The notes: generated by a model not told the origin, from the letters alone. DNA of 32,000 bases from Candidatus Hadarchaeales archaeon (GCA_038823825.1 JAWBCC010000004.1:56592-88591); one strand, 5' to 3'; shown: positions 1-9,511, counted from the stretch's first letter. Numbers and translations are program-made.

Positions 1-323
1 ATAGAATGAGGCCAACTTTGCTACGTCGATGGATTTTCCACCCCCTACTCCCACGAAGAAAGAAACGCCCTTTGAAGACTTTCTAACTTTCTCCACAACC
101 TCCGAGTTTGCATCTGATATCAGGGAAACCGATGGTTTTATACCGGCTTCGCGCAGTTTTCTTTCCACCGTCCGACCGGCGATATCATACGTTGTTTTGT
201 CAGCCACTATCAGAGCCTCACCATGCAGGTCGAGAGCTTGACAAACCTCGGGGATCTTTTCAAGAACAGCACGACCAACCCAAATTTCCCTAGCTAGTTG
301 TATGCGTTTAGGTTCTTTCATCT
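1..323 (-). CDS. egsA: sn-glycerol-1-phosphate dehydrogenase, N-terminal part (runs off left edge)
   Basis: Reverse-strand translation from ATG at 323: MKEPKRIQLAREIWVGRAVLEKIPEVCQALDLHGEALIVADKTTYDIAGRTVERKLREAG...VGVGGGKSIDVAKLASFY, open to the edge. GGGKSIDVAK is the NAD-binding motif of the G1PDH/iron-alcohol dehydrogenase fold. Confidence 0.85.
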
Positions 324-419
324 CTTTCCACTTACGCCTTCACATAAAAATAGACCGCGGTAATCGTCCTCCGAGCAGGTTTATCATAAAGACTTTTAAG
401 GTTGGAAAATTCAGAGTAA

Positions 420-1073
420 ATGGTCGATTCTGTGATGTCTGAAGAGAAGTTGAAATATCTAAAGGGAACCACAACAGTCGGTGTCGTGTGTCGCGATGGG
501 GTGGTTCTGGCAACCGACAGTAGGGCTACTGCGGGATATCTGATAGCCAGCAAAATTGCAAAAAAAATATACAAAGTTACTGACCACATCGCATTTACGA
601 CCGCCGGGGGGGTGGCGGATACGCAAAAACTGGTAGAATGGCTGAGAGCGGAAGCAGGTTATCATCAAACAAGTTTGGGAAAACCTATGAGTGTGTCTGC
701 CTGCGCTAGGCTTTTAGCGAATATAATGAACATATACTCGGTATACTATCCCTTCATCGCAAACATCTTGGTTGGCGGGGTTGATCGCTCCGGTCCTCAG
801 TTATATTTTGTGGACATCGATGGAGGCATGACAAAAGAAACAATGGCCGCAACAGGATCTGGATCTCCAGTCGCTTACGGAATTCTTGAAAATGAAATCG
901 AAGAAGACATGCGGGTTAAGGAGGTCCTACCGATTGCCGTTAAAGCCGTCAGAACGGCAATGAAGAGAGATGTCGGAAGCGGTAATACGGTAGCCGCCGG
1001 CACGGTGACTTGGGAGGAAGGATACCGGGAGCTTTCACCTGAAGAAATTGCGGCCTTACTAACAAAACATTAG
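420..1073 (+). CDS. psmB: Archaeal 20S proteasome beta subunit
   Basis: Short propeptide followed by G|TTTVGVVCRDGVVLATDSRATAGYLIASK; Ntn-hydrolase N-terminal Thr context; SGSPVAYGILE. Confidence 0.95.
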   Translation: MVDSVMSEEKLKYLKGTTTVGVVCRDGVVLATDSRATAGYLIASKIAKKIYKVTDHIAFTTAGGVADTQKLVEWLRAEAGYHQTSLGKPMSVSACARLLANIMNIYSVYYPFIANILVGGVDRSGPQLYFVDIDGGMTKETMAATGSGSPVAYGILENEIEEDMRVKEVLPIAVKAVRTAMKRDVGSGNTVAAGTVTWEEGYRELSPEEIAALLTKH

Positions 1074-1082
1074 CTGTTAAAG

Positions 1083-3005
1083 ATGAAACCGAAAAATTCT
1101 GTAGAAAAATCCGAGGTGCTTGAGGAGATAAAGAAGATTGTTCGAGAAGAGAGCCCATTCGGGTCCTCCGTGCTGGATGTGGACTTCGAGGGTCCCAGAG
1201 TCGTCCTCTACTGTAAGGACCTGACACCTATTGCCCAGAGCGGGGAAGCTATCAAAGAACTGGCGAAACGCCTGCGCAAGCGAATAATTTTAAGACCCCA
1301 CCCGAGTCTTCTGGTCCCGAAAGAAGAAGCCGAGAAAATAATCCGTGAAATCGTTCCGCCCGAAGCCGGAGTAGAAGGCGTAGTTTTCAGCGAAGACGTT
1401 GGGGAAGTCGTGATAGAAGCCAAAAAGCCCGGATTGGCTGTTGGAAAAGATGGAGCAGTTTTGAGAGAAATAATGCACAGAATAGGATGGACGCCGAGGA
1501 TTGTCCGAGCACTGCCGGTCGAATCCGATCTTGTCAAGAGCATAAGACTTCTGATGATCCAAACTGGAGCAAGCAGAAGGGAAATTCTCCGCCACATCGG
1601 AAGAAGGATATACAGAGGTAGAAAGGCAACAGAACAATGGATAAGAGTAACTTCATTGGGTGGAGCAAGAGAGGTTGGAAGGTCTTGTTTACTGCTGCAA
1701 ACTGCGGAGAGTAGCATAATGATTGACTGCGGAATAAACGTCGCATCTGAAGAGAAAGCATATCCCTACGTCAACGCACCAGAACTGGATCTCGACAACT
1801 TGGACGCCGTAGTCATCAGTCACGCACACTTGGATCACTGCGGATATCTGCCAATTCTCTTCAAAATGGGTTATGATGGCCCGGTTTACTGCACGGCGCC
1901 AACGAGGGACCTCGCTGTTCTTCTCATGCTGGATTTCCTAGAAATTGCGGGAAGAGAAGGTAAAGAGATGCCATACGACAAGCGAGATATATCTAAATTC
2001 CTTTCCCATACGATCACGCTTGAATACGGCGACGTGACTGATGTTTCTCCTGACGTCAGGGTTACATTACACAACGCTGGACATATCTTGGGCTCTGCTG
2101 TTGTACACTTCCACATAGGAGATGGACTTTACAACGTGGTCTACACTGGGGACATAAAATTTGATAAAACGAGGCTCTTCTCTCCCGCCGCATATGGTTT
2201 TCCGCGAGCCGAAACCGTGATAATCGAAAGCACCTATGGGGGTCCGCAAGACATCATGCCTACTAGAGAGGAATCCGAGCAAGAGTTCATTAAAACCGTA
2301 CTTGAAACAATCGAGCGTGGAGGCAAAGTTCTGGTTCCGGCATTCTCCGTTGGAAGATCGCAGGAAATCATGGTCTTGCTCGACGAGTATGTCAGACGCG
2401 GAGTGATACATGACATTCCGATTTATTTGGATGGAATGATATGGGAGGCCACCACAATACACACCGCCTACCCCGAATATCTGTCGAAGGAGTTGCGCGA
2501 CCTTATTTTCAAAGAAGAAGAGAATCCTCTGATATCAGAGATTTTCACTAAAGTCAAAGATGCCGATGCTAGGCAGGAAGTGATAGAAGGACCGCCCTGT
2601 GTGATAATATCGACCTCTGGTATGATGACTGGTGGCCCGGTTATGGATTATTTCAAGAAGTTGGCTCCGGATCCAAGAAACACGCTCGTTTTTGTCGGGT
2701 ATCAGGCAGAGGGATCGCTCGGAAGACGCATTCAAAAGGGCTGGAAAGAAATACCGATAATTGAGGAAGGAAAGATAAAGGAAATCAAGGTTGAAATGGA
2801 AGTGAAGACTATTGAAGGATTTAGCGGACACTCCGACAGAGACCAGCTTCTTAACTATCTGAAGAGGATAACACCTAAACCGACTAGGGTCATCTGTGTT
2901 CATGGAGAAGAGAGCAAGTGCCTAGCCTTCGCCAGCACCGTTCATAAGCTATTCCGTGTGGAAACGAGAGTTCCCATGAACTTGGAAACCATTAGGTTTT
3001 ACTGA
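1083..3005 (+). CDS. KH-domain beta-CASP ribonuclease (archaeal CPSF, aCPSF1)
   Basis: 640 aa; N-terminal KH-like region; metallo-beta-lactamase motif SHAHLDHCGYLP; GHILGSAVVHFHIG; beta-CASP C-terminal half with HGE. Confidence 0.93.
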   Translation: MKPKNSVEKSEVLEEIKKIVREESPFGSSVLDVDFEGPRVVLYCKDLTPIAQSGEAIKELAKRLRKRIILRPHPSLLVPKEEAEKIIREIVPPEAGVEGVVFSEDVGEVVIEAKKPGLAVGKDGAVLREIMHRIGWTPRIVRALPVESDLVKSIRLLMIQTGASRREILRHIGRRIYRGRKATEQWIRVTSLGGAREVGRSCLLLQTAESSIMIDCGINVASEEKAYPYVNAPELDLDNLDAVVISHAHLDHCGYLPILFKMGYDGPVYCTAPTRDLAVLLMLDFLEIAGREGKEMPYDKRDISKFLSHTITLEYGDVTDVSPDVRVTLHNAGHILGSAVVHFHIGDGLYNVVYTGDIKFDKTRLFSPAAYGFPRAETVIIESTYGGPQDIMPTREESEQEFIKTVLETIERGGKVLVPAFSVGRSQEIMVLLDEYVRRGVIHDIPIYLDGMIWEATTIHTAYPEYLSKELRDLIFKEEENPLISEIFTKVKDADARQEVIEGPPCVIISTSGMMTGGPVMDYFKKLAPDPRNTLVFVGYQAEGSLGRRIQKGWKEIPIIEEGKIKEIKVEMEVKTIEGFSGHSDRDQLLNYLKRITPKPTRVICVHGEESKCLAFASTVHKLFRVETRVPMNLETIRFY

Positions 3006-3527
3006 CTTCAAGGGAATCCTTTTAGCGCGGGGATGGATTATTGCGCTCAGGCCACGTTCATCCGATATCACTATAACGGCTGTTCTTTTCCCCTCTTTGA
3101 TTTCTTCTATCATGCGTAACTTTTCCTCACCCTCTCTTTTTTCATCTTCACCTGCGCTTTTCGTTGCCATGAGTATTGCATCAGAAATTCTATTCAAAAC
3201 TCCCTCTATGTTGGACACGAAACCCTGACTGGCCGGGCCGGGATAAACGGTGACTCCTAAGGTTGGGATCGTGATCACACCAGTGCTCGAGCGCACGACT
3301 CTAACGGACATATCATCGCTCGATGTTATCTCGAATTCGTAGCGAGCCGGTTCTTTCTCCTCCGTGTGCATTATATCCGCATGCTTGAAGCCGCATGCAG
3401 AACAATAAACAAGACTTTCAATCGTTTCTCCGAAGTATGGAATGTCATGAATTTTTCCGAGAAAGGTGCAGGTGCCACTACTACCACAAAATGGACATCT
3501 TTCTATCGGAGCCCTGAATTCTCTCAT
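2949..3527 (-). CDS. ZPR1-type zinc finger protein
   Basis: CPFCGSSGTC...CSACGFKHADI(M), typical archaeal ZPR1-domain architecture; the predicted 3' end overlaps aCPSF1 convergently. Confidence 0.8.
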   Translation of the reverse strand: MREFRAPIERCPFCGSSGTCTFLGKIHDIPYFGETIESLVYCSACGFKHADIMHTEEKEPARYEFEITSSDDMSVRVVRSSTGVITIPTLGVTVYPGPASQGFVSNIEGVLNRISDAILMATKSAGEDEKREGEEKLRMIEEIKEGKRTAVIVISDERGLSAIIHPRAKRIPLKSVKPNGFQVHGNSRFHTE

Positions 3528-3913
3528 TGGGTGCCAGCCTGAACTTCCTTTCTGGAAAGAATTTTCACAAATCTTGGAGTCATTATTATCTTTGTGTCTG
3601 TTATCTTTCCTATATCTCCGCCGATCTTCCTGGCTGATTCTTTTAATTCCTCTATAGCCTGCTTGAGTTCCTCAGGATTTCTCTGCATAACGTCACTGAT
3701 GTCGATTATCAATATGTTTCCTTCTGAAACCTCTTCGGAGATTTTGACGACGTCTGCTATACCACTTAAATCCATGCTCTTGACATACACCGCCTCAAGC
3801 TCCGGACCCGAAGATAAAGAAGATGTCTCAACTTCAGCTATGGGTACCTCACTCATTAATGAGGGGGTTTCTTCCTTTTTCTTCTTTCTGAGCAGTTTAT
3901 CCAACAGTGCCAA
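3524..3913 (-). CDS. SepF-like cell division protein
   Basis: 129 aa with charged N-terminus MALLDKLLRKKKK and a C-terminal SepF core (VYVKSMDLSGIADVVKISEEVSEGNILIIDISDVMQ...KITDTKIIMTPRFVKI). Confidence 0.7.
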   Translation of the reverse strand: MALLDKLLRKKKKEETPSLMSEVPIAEVETSSLSSGPELEAVYVKSMDLSGIADVVKISEEVSEGNILIIDISDVMQRNPEELKQAIEELKESARKIGGDIGKITDTKIIMTPRFVKILSRKEVQAGTQ

Positions 3914-3952
3914 TGTTCCACCTTCTTATCCTTATCTGTGTCTTTTAAGTAT

Positions 3953-4435
3953 TTAATGGATGTAGCTTTTAATCGTTTCCCAAAACTCGTCTCCAACGTG
4001 GTGAAGATTCTCCACGATTTTTCCGCTCCTTCCGACGGCCTCTGAGGAGGGAACAAGGGCCTTTCCGACTGCAAGGGCCTTTTGATGTTTTTCCTCGACA
4101 ACTATCACTAGATCTCCAGGAGAGAAATCCGTGACCGATTTCACACCTTTTCCCATCACGTCGGCTCCTCTGCAGATTGGGGCAACGGCGCCCATATCCA
4201 CAACAACGCGGGCTTTTATCAAATTTTCAGCGATTGGCAAAGGAGGTATGAATTCATTTCCGATCAAAATGAGAAGCGGCTCTCCGGATGAGAATATGAG
4301 CTTACCCTTCGAAAATTCCCATACTTCAACATCGTGCTTGGATATCCTGCAGGCGATGTCGGGAAGAGTGGCACTAACTAGTTGTGAAAGCTCGCGAATT
4401 TTGTCCTTTCTCAGATGGTATCTTTTGATCTCCAT
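3953..4435 (-). CDS. PUA-domain RNA-binding protein (MCT-1/DUF1947-like)
   Basis: C-terminal PUA motif VVVDMGAVAPICRGADVMGKGVKSVTDFSPGDLVIVVEEKHQKALAVG. Confidence 0.75.
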   Translation of the reverse strand: MEIKRYHLRKDKIRELSQLVSATLPDIACRISKHDVEVWEFSKGKLIFSSGEPLLILIGNEFIPPLPIAENLIKARVVVDMGAVAPICRGADVMGKGVKSVTDFSPGDLVIVVEEKHQKALAVGKALVPSSEAVGRSGKIVENLHHVGDEFWETIKSYIH

Positions 4436-4500
4436 CTTTTCGTGAAATCTGGATGACGATGCTTAAAAATCTCTTTTTCCGAATAAAAATCAGAAAAACG

Positions 4501-4510
4501 CTTAAATAAA
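4501..4510 (+). promoter_or_regulatory. Probable TATA box for the LSm-L37e operon
   Basis: CTTAAATAAA, 25 nt upstream of the LSm ATG at 4535; purine-rich agaagagatga just before the ATG. Confidence 0.45.
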
Positions 4511-4534
4511 TAGCGCACGAGAAGAGATGACAAC

Positions 4535-4759
4535 ATGCCTGAAAAACCGTTCGATGCTCTCGGCAGGGCGCTGGGATCAATTGTGCTTGTGGGAGTCAAG
4601 GGTGGAAAAGAGTTTAGAGGGAAACTCGCGGGATTCGACGTTCACGTCAACATCGTATTGGACGAAGCTGAGGAACTTCTGAATGGTGAGGTTAAAAGAA
4701 GGTACGGGAAGCTCATCATAAGAGGGGATAATGTCGTTTATGTCTCGCCTGGGGTGTGA
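4535..4759 (+). CDS. LSm/Sm-like snRNP-type protein
   Basis: PFDALGRALGSIVLVGVKGGKEFRGKLAGFDVHVNIVLDEAEEL...KLIIRGDNVVYVSPG (Sm1/Sm2 motifs). Confidence 0.93.
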   Translation: MPEKPFDALGRALGSIVLVGVKGGKEFRGKLAGFDVHVNIVLDEAEELLNGEVKRRYGKLIIRGDNVVYVSPGV

Positions 4760-4765
4760 TGCTCA

Positions 4766-4957
4766 ATGGTAAAAGGAACTCCATCAATGGGTAAGAGACA
4801 CAAAGTCACACACTTAAGATGTCGGAGGTGTGGTAGAAGGGCGTACCATGCACAGAAGAAGGTTTGCGCAGCCTGTGGTTTTGGGAGATCTAGAAGAATT
4901 CTGAGCTATAACTGGAAAAACAAAAAAGTTATGGGAAAGAGAGAAAGACTTCGCTAG
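4766..4957 (+). CDS. rpl37e: Ribosomal protein L37e (eL37)
   Basis: [47 protein letters not shown]. Confidence 0.95.
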   Translation: MVKGTPSMGKRHKVTHLRCRRCGRRAYHAQKKVCAACGFGRSRRILSYNWKNKKVMGKRERLR

Positions 4958-5653
4958 TTATTTCACGATAACCTCTCCGCCGTAGAGGTCTACAACGATT
5001 ATTTCGTCTTCAAAAATTCTGAAAAGGATATATTCGCAGGCATAGTTTTCGTTTAGGCTTTTCTCCAGATCTTCGGAGTTTTCCGTGTTTTCAAGCATTT
5101 CTTCCGCCAGCCTTGCAAGATGCTCAAGTCTTAGATATCGCGGAGATGCTCCGGCTTCTACCCTGAGACCGATGACCTCTGCTCCAGAAACGTGAACAAG
5201 TCTAGAAGGTATGAAAACAGAAATCCGAAGACTTCCGTCCGGCAACCACATAAGATTCAAAGAATTTTCGGCGATAGGGTAAACTACGATTTGTCTGAAA
5301 CCCGAGTATTCCCAGCCGGATTGAATGCGTGAGTTGATATGGGAGATTATTTTCTCCTTAATTTCCGATGAGACTTCACCCTGTCTGCCGCTTTCATACA
5401 TTGCGGTGACGATTGCCATTCGTAGGGCTTCAGAAAGCTCGAGTTCAATTGAAGAGGCGGTTGCTCGAACCGTCGACATGGCTGATGAAAGCTGAAAAGT
5501 GCGCGTCTTCTCACTATAAGCCTGCCTGAATGTCTCCGCTGCGATGGCCGAGGATAGAATGACGAGAACTGTGAAAACCGCCAGCACGGCGATTCCTCTA
5601 CTTTCTTCGGATAATCGAAATTTCCACATCAAAACGCTCGACATACAGCTCAT
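4958..5653 (-). CDS. Membrane-anchored extracytoplasmic protein of pilin-like cluster, unknown function
   Basis: Single N-terminal hydrophobic helix (GIAVLAVFTVLVILSSAIAAETF); start overlaps the upstream gene. Confidence 0.6.
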   Translation of the reverse strand: MSCMSSVLMWKFRLSEESRGIAVLAVFTVLVILSSAIAAETFRQAYSEKTRTFQLSSAMSTVRATASSIELELSEALRMAIVTAMYESGRQGEVSSEIKEKIISHINSRIQSGWEYSGFRQIVVYPIAENSLNLMWLPDGSLRISVFIPSRLVHVSGAEVIGLRVEAGASPRYLRLEHLARLAEEMLENTENSEDLEKSLNENYACEYILFRIFEDEIIVVDLYGGEVIVK

Positions 5654-6089
5654 CCGAGTTCTCAGAGGTCGAGATTATGGTATAACAACCGGAAAAAGAA
5701 AATCTATCACCCATCAGTTCCAGATTTTCAGGAATTTTGAGAACAATCCAATCAGAATTTTCTGCACGGATTTTAAACTCAAGCGTAAGATTTTCCGCCA
5801 TTGTCTTTTTGAGGATGTTTGAAATTTCCACAAGAACTTTTTCGCATGTCTTATTTTCCAACAGACTTTCCGCCAGCACCCGAAGATAGGATTTACCGGA
5901 ATTTTCAAGCATTGCATTTGCAAGCATGTGATATGCGCACTGCGCCCTAAGTTGAAGCTGCCGTCTGACTGCTGAGTCCAAGGCATCGGATTGAACTGTG
6001 TACAGGAGAACTCCTGAGAAAACTGTCAGAATTACCATGAAGGATATCGATAAAACGTCACTGATCCCAAGCTCATCTATTTCCGCCAA
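5598..6089 (-). CDS. Pilin-like short secreted protein
   Basis: GISDVLSISFMVILTVFSGVLLYTV N-terminal helix resembles archaeal pilin-type signal/helix regions; overlaps neighbouring ORFs. Confidence 0.6.
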   Translation of the reverse strand: MAEIDELGISDVLSISFMVILTVFSGVLLYTVQSDALDSAVRRQLQLRAQCAYHMLANAMLENSGKSYLRVLAESLLENKTCEKVLVEISNILKKTMAENLTLEFKIRAENSDWIVLKIPENLELMGDRFSFSGCYTIISTSENSDELYVERFDVEISIIRRK

Positions 6090-6508
6090 GTTCGCACCTC
6101 CAGAGATCCCGCTTCCAATCTGAAATTGTCAAAAACGGCAATGGGGAGCGAGGTCACGGAGATCTGCTTGTCGTTTGGTTTCTGAGGTCCGGCCTCTATC
6201 TCGATTTTCTGTCCAGATCGCCAGTATGCTAGTTTGATGTTGAACTGGAAGTTTTCACTTCCCAAAGAAACCTCCCAACTGAGCTCTCGTATTTTAGCCG
6301 GATCGATCACATAACATCGCTTTCTCATGCCTTGGATGTAGGCTAGATTATCGGTTGCGAGACCGTTGGCAATTGCTGACGACGCATCTATTAAAACCGA
6401 TGTTTCTAGAACTGTTTTATGATAACGATACGCTGAGATGAGAAGAAAGAGAAAAATAATAACCAGAAAGAATGACAAGACGATTTTGAAGATTCTAACT
6501 ATGTCCAT
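6077..6508 (-). CDS. Short membrane-anchored protein, unknown function
   Basis: N-terminal TM helix VLSFFLVIIFLFLLISAY; overlaps flanking genes by 10-13 nt. Confidence 0.6.
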   Translation of the reverse strand: MDIVRIFKIVLSFFLVIIFLFLLISAYRYHKTVLETSVLIDASSAIANGLATDNLAYIQGMRKRCYVIDPAKIRELSWEVSLGSENFQFNIKLAYWRSGQKIEIEAGPQKPNDKQISVTSLPIAVFDNFRLEAGSLEVRTWRK

Positions 6509-6858
6509 ATAAAAAACCTGCCGTCAGAAATCGACACCCGGACAAGATGTTTTCCTGCGGGCAGAGGAGAGATATTTTCGGCAAAACGAAACGGTAAACC
6601 TTCGTCCGGGTATCTAATTTCCCCAACCCTTATCTGGTTGTCTTGGAAATATACGATGCATCCGGAGGGAATCTCAAGTTCTACGATTCTTTCACCTCCT
6701 GCTGATGCAACCTCTTGGCAGACGTTCGCTAGTCTCTCTAGAGCGTTCATCAATCTCTGCCTATCGGTGAGACTGCTTAACTTCAGATAACCAAAAGCAG
6801 CAATTGAAACCGCTAAAACCGAGAGAACCGCCAGCCCCAAGAGAGTCGTACCTTCCAT
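6499..6858 (-). CDS. Short membrane-anchored pseudopilin-like protein
   Basis: MEGTTLLGLAVLSVLAVSIAAFGYLKLSSL hydrophobic N-terminus followed by a soluble domain; single-nt gap to the upstream gene. Confidence 0.6.
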   Translation of the reverse strand: MEGTTLLGLAVLSVLAVSIAAFGYLKLSSLTDRQRLMNALERLANVCQEVASAGGERIVELEIPSGCIVYFQDNQIRVGEIRYPDEGLPFRFAENISPLPAGKHLVRVSISDGRFFIWT

Positions 6859-6859
6859 A

Positions 6860-7315
6860 TTAGGTCAGAGTTATACGCAGGGTAGCTGTCTGCTCTGCTC
6901 CATCTTCTCCGGTGGCCCTGATTGTGATCGCATGAGTTCCGGTAGGGGCTCCTGGGCTTACTCTGATGGTCAAGGATGAGCTGAAGGTTGGTTCTCCGTT
7001 CGGTGGGGAGAACTGGAGGCTAACGTTTGTGGGTGTACCGCTATGCGAAAGAGAAACTGTTTTGTTATATGGTGTTATCTCCTCGACTTTCACGGTTACG
7101 GTCGCGGAATTCTCTCCAGAGGATGGAACCCCAAGCGTTAGAGCGTACTCCGGTTGTCCCTCGATCTTTACCGAAAACGACAGCATGTGTTCGACTCCTT
7201 TTCCAACTCTGGTGTAAATCGCAAAGCCCACTCCGAGACCGACGGTTAGAAGAATCATCCCGGCTAGGATTTTCATAGCAAGCGGTTCCACGCCTGCTTC
7301 GTCCAATCTGCTCAC
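6860..7315 (-). CDS. N-terminally anchored protein with Ig-like/CARDB-like beta domain
   Basis: MKILAGMILLTVGLGVGFAIY helix, then a beta-rich domain (TVTVKVEEITPYNKTVSLSHSG...GTHAITIRATGEDG). Confidence 0.65.
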   Translation of the reverse strand: MSRLDEAGVEPLAMKILAGMILLTVGLGVGFAIYTRVGKGVEHMLSFSVKIEGQPEYALTLGVPSSGENSATVTVKVEEITPYNKTVSLSHSGTPTNVSLQFSPPNGEPTFSSSLTIRVSPGAPTGTHAITIRATGEDGAEQTATLRITLT

Positions 7316-7417
7316 CTCCTTTTTTGTTTCCTTTCTTTTGTTTTCCGATTTTTAAATAGCTTTCGCAACGACGAAACGCACATCGGAAGACATACTGCAT
7401 GTTAAAATCCACAGAGA

Positions 7418-9511
7418 ATGAGAGAAACTTGGATGGCAATAGAAAAAGTCAGAAAGAGGGATGGAAGGCTGGAGGATTTCGACCAGAAGAAGATTACGGT
7501 TGCGATTCACAGAGCTCTGGTTGCTCTCGGAAAAAAGAACGGAAAATTATCCCGCAAGATTTCCAACGAAGTTGTGCGGATCTTGGAAAAGAAATTCGAG
7601 ATACCTTCGGTCGAAGACATCCAAAATGTTGTTGTCGAGGTTTTGAAAAAGGAGGGTTTGGAAGACGTAGCAAGAGAATACGAGATATACAGGAAAAAGA
7701 AGGCGGAGCTTCGCGAACTCAGAAAGAAATTCGGACTTGATGCCGAACCAAAACTAACAGTCAACGCATTGGAAGTGCTACGTGAGCGTTATCTCCTGAA
7801 AGACGAGAATGGAAACATAATCGAAACTCCTGCACAGATGTTCAGCAGGGTAGCGAAAGCGATAGCAGAAGTGGACAGAAAATTCGGAGAAGATCCAGAA
7901 AAGACCTATGAGGAATTTTTCAAGGCGATGAGCAGACTTGAGTTTCTTCCAAACTCCCCTACCCTTTTCAATGCTGGTACGCCGATGGGCCAACTAAGTG
8001 CTTGTTTTGTCATACCGGTTGAGGATTCTCTCGACAGCATTTTCAGAGCTGTGCATCAGACTGCCCTAATAGAACAGACTGGTGGAGGCGTTGGCTTCAG
8101 CTTCTCTAAGCTGAGACCGAAGGGCGACGTTGTGAAATCTACCAAGGGTATCGCGTCTGGACCGGTTTCATTCATGCGAGTTTTCGACACAGCCACAGAC
8201 GTCATAAAAGCCGGTGGAAAAAGGCGTGGAGCGATGATGGCCGTCCTTAGTGTTGATCATCCAGACGTGGAAGAGTTTATCGCAGCCAAAAGTAATCCAA
8301 ATTTTCTTACAAATTTTAATCTTTCCGTTGCTGTGACGGACAAGTTTATGCGAGCGGTTCTCACAGACGGATGGCATGAGTTGATTAACCCTAGAACTGG
8401 AAATGTCGTCAGAAGAGTCAGAGCTAGGAAAATATGGAAAATGATTATTAAGAACGCCTGGAAAACCGGTGATCCCGGTCTCGTCTTCATTGACGAGGTG
8501 AATAGGAAGAATCCTACACCATCGCTTGGGCGAATAGAAGCCACAAACCCATGCGGGGAAGTTCCCTTGCTACCTTATGAATCCTGCAACTTGGGAAGCG
8601 TTAACCTAAGTAGAATGGTAGAGAACGGAGAGATAAATTGGGAGAAGTTAGAAAAAACAGTTGAACTCGGCGTACACTTCCTTGACAACGTCATCGATGC
8701 AAACAGATATCCAATTCCCGAGATCGAACGGATGACAAAAGCAAATAGAAAAATCGGACTTGGCGTCATGGGGTGGGCAGAGTGTCTCATCAAGATGTCA
8801 ATCCCGTACGACTCCAAGAAGGCCATCAGACTGGGCGAGAAGGTTATGCGATTCATCTCTGAAACTGCAAGGAGGAAATCCGCAGAGCTGGGTGAAAAGA
8901 GGGGAAGCTTCCCGAACTTCGAATTAAGCATATGGGCTAAGAAATATTCCGCGATGAGAAACGCCACGGTGACGGCAATTGCCCCTACCGGAAGCATATC
9001 GATCATCGCTGGATGTTCTTCGAGTATAGAGCCTCTCTTCGCGATAGCTTTCATAAGAAGGGTTCTCGGAGGAAAGACTTTGCTGGAGATAAATCCGCTC
9101 TTTGAAAAAATAGCAAAGGAAAGAAAATTCTATAGCGGAGAGCTTTTGCAGAAAATCGCGAGAACCGGTTCTATTCAGAATCTACGCGAGATTCCGGCGG
9201 ATGTCCGGGAAATCTTCAAGACGGCACTGGACATTTCTCCAGAGTGGCACATAAGGATGCAAGCGGCTTTTCAGAAGCATACGGATAATGCCGTCTCCAA
9301 AACTGTGAACCTGCCGGCAGATGCAACGGAAAAAGATGTTGAAAAGTGCTTCATGCTTGCTTGGAAGCTCAAATGTAAGGGCATAACAGTTTATCGTTAT
9401 GGGAGTAAGCCCCAGCAGGTTCTATACTTCGCTGAGGATTTGAGATATCTAACGGCGGACTCGGAGTATGCCGGTGGATGTATAACTGGAACATGTCCAT
9501 TCCCGGGGTGA
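7418..9511 (+). CDS. nrdJ: Adenosylcobalamin-dependent (class II) ribonucleotide reductase
   Basis: ATP-cone (KVRKRDGRLEDFDQKKITVAIHRAL), SPTLFNAGTP, EQTGGGVGFSFSKLRPKG, NPCGEVPLLPYESCNLGSVNL, APTGSISIIAGCSSSIEP, C-terminal CITGTC. Likely start is ATG 7433. Confidence 0.93.
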   Translation: MRETWMAIEKVRKRDGRLEDFDQKKITVAIHRALVALGKKNGKLSRKISNEVVRILEKKFEIPSVEDIQNVVVEVLKKEGLEDVAREYEIYRKKKAELRELRKKFGLDAEPKLTVNALEVLRERYLLKDENGNIIETPAQMFSRVAKAIAEVDRKFGEDPEKTYEEFFKAMSRLEFLPNSPTLFNAGTPMGQLSACFVIPVEDSLDSIFRAVHQTALIEQTGGGVGFSFSKLRPKGDVVKSTKGIASGPVSFMRVFDTATDVIKAGGKRRGAMMAVLSVDHPDVEEFIAAKSNPNFLTNFNLSVAVTDKFMRAVLTDGWHELINPRTGNVVRRVRARKIWKMIIKNAWKTGDPGLVFIDEVNRKNPTPSLGRIEATNPCGEVPLLPYESCNLGSVNLSRMVENGEINWEKLEKTVELGVHFLDNVIDANRYPIPEIERMTKANRKIGLGVMGWAECLIKMSIPYDSKKAIRLGEKVMRFISETARRKSAELGEKRGSFPNFELSIWAKKYSAMRNATVTAIAPTGSISIIAGCSSSIEPLFAIAFIRRVLGGKTLLEINPLFEKIAKERKFYSGELLQKIARTGSIQNLREIPADVREIFKTALDISPEWHIRMQAAFQKHTDNAVSKTVNLPADATEKDVEKCFMLAWKLKCKGITVYRYGSKPQQVLYFAEDLRYLTADSEYAGGCITGTCPFPG

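Noticed and set aside
29-293. Plus-strand ORFs 29..241 and 108..293
   Set aside because: They are antisense to a clearly recognisable G1P dehydrogenase N-terminus.
7065-7439. Minus-strand 124-aa ORF upstream of nrdJ
   Set aside because: Composition looks frame-shifted and it overlaps the better-supported 6860..7315 gene with its signal-like helix and beta domain.
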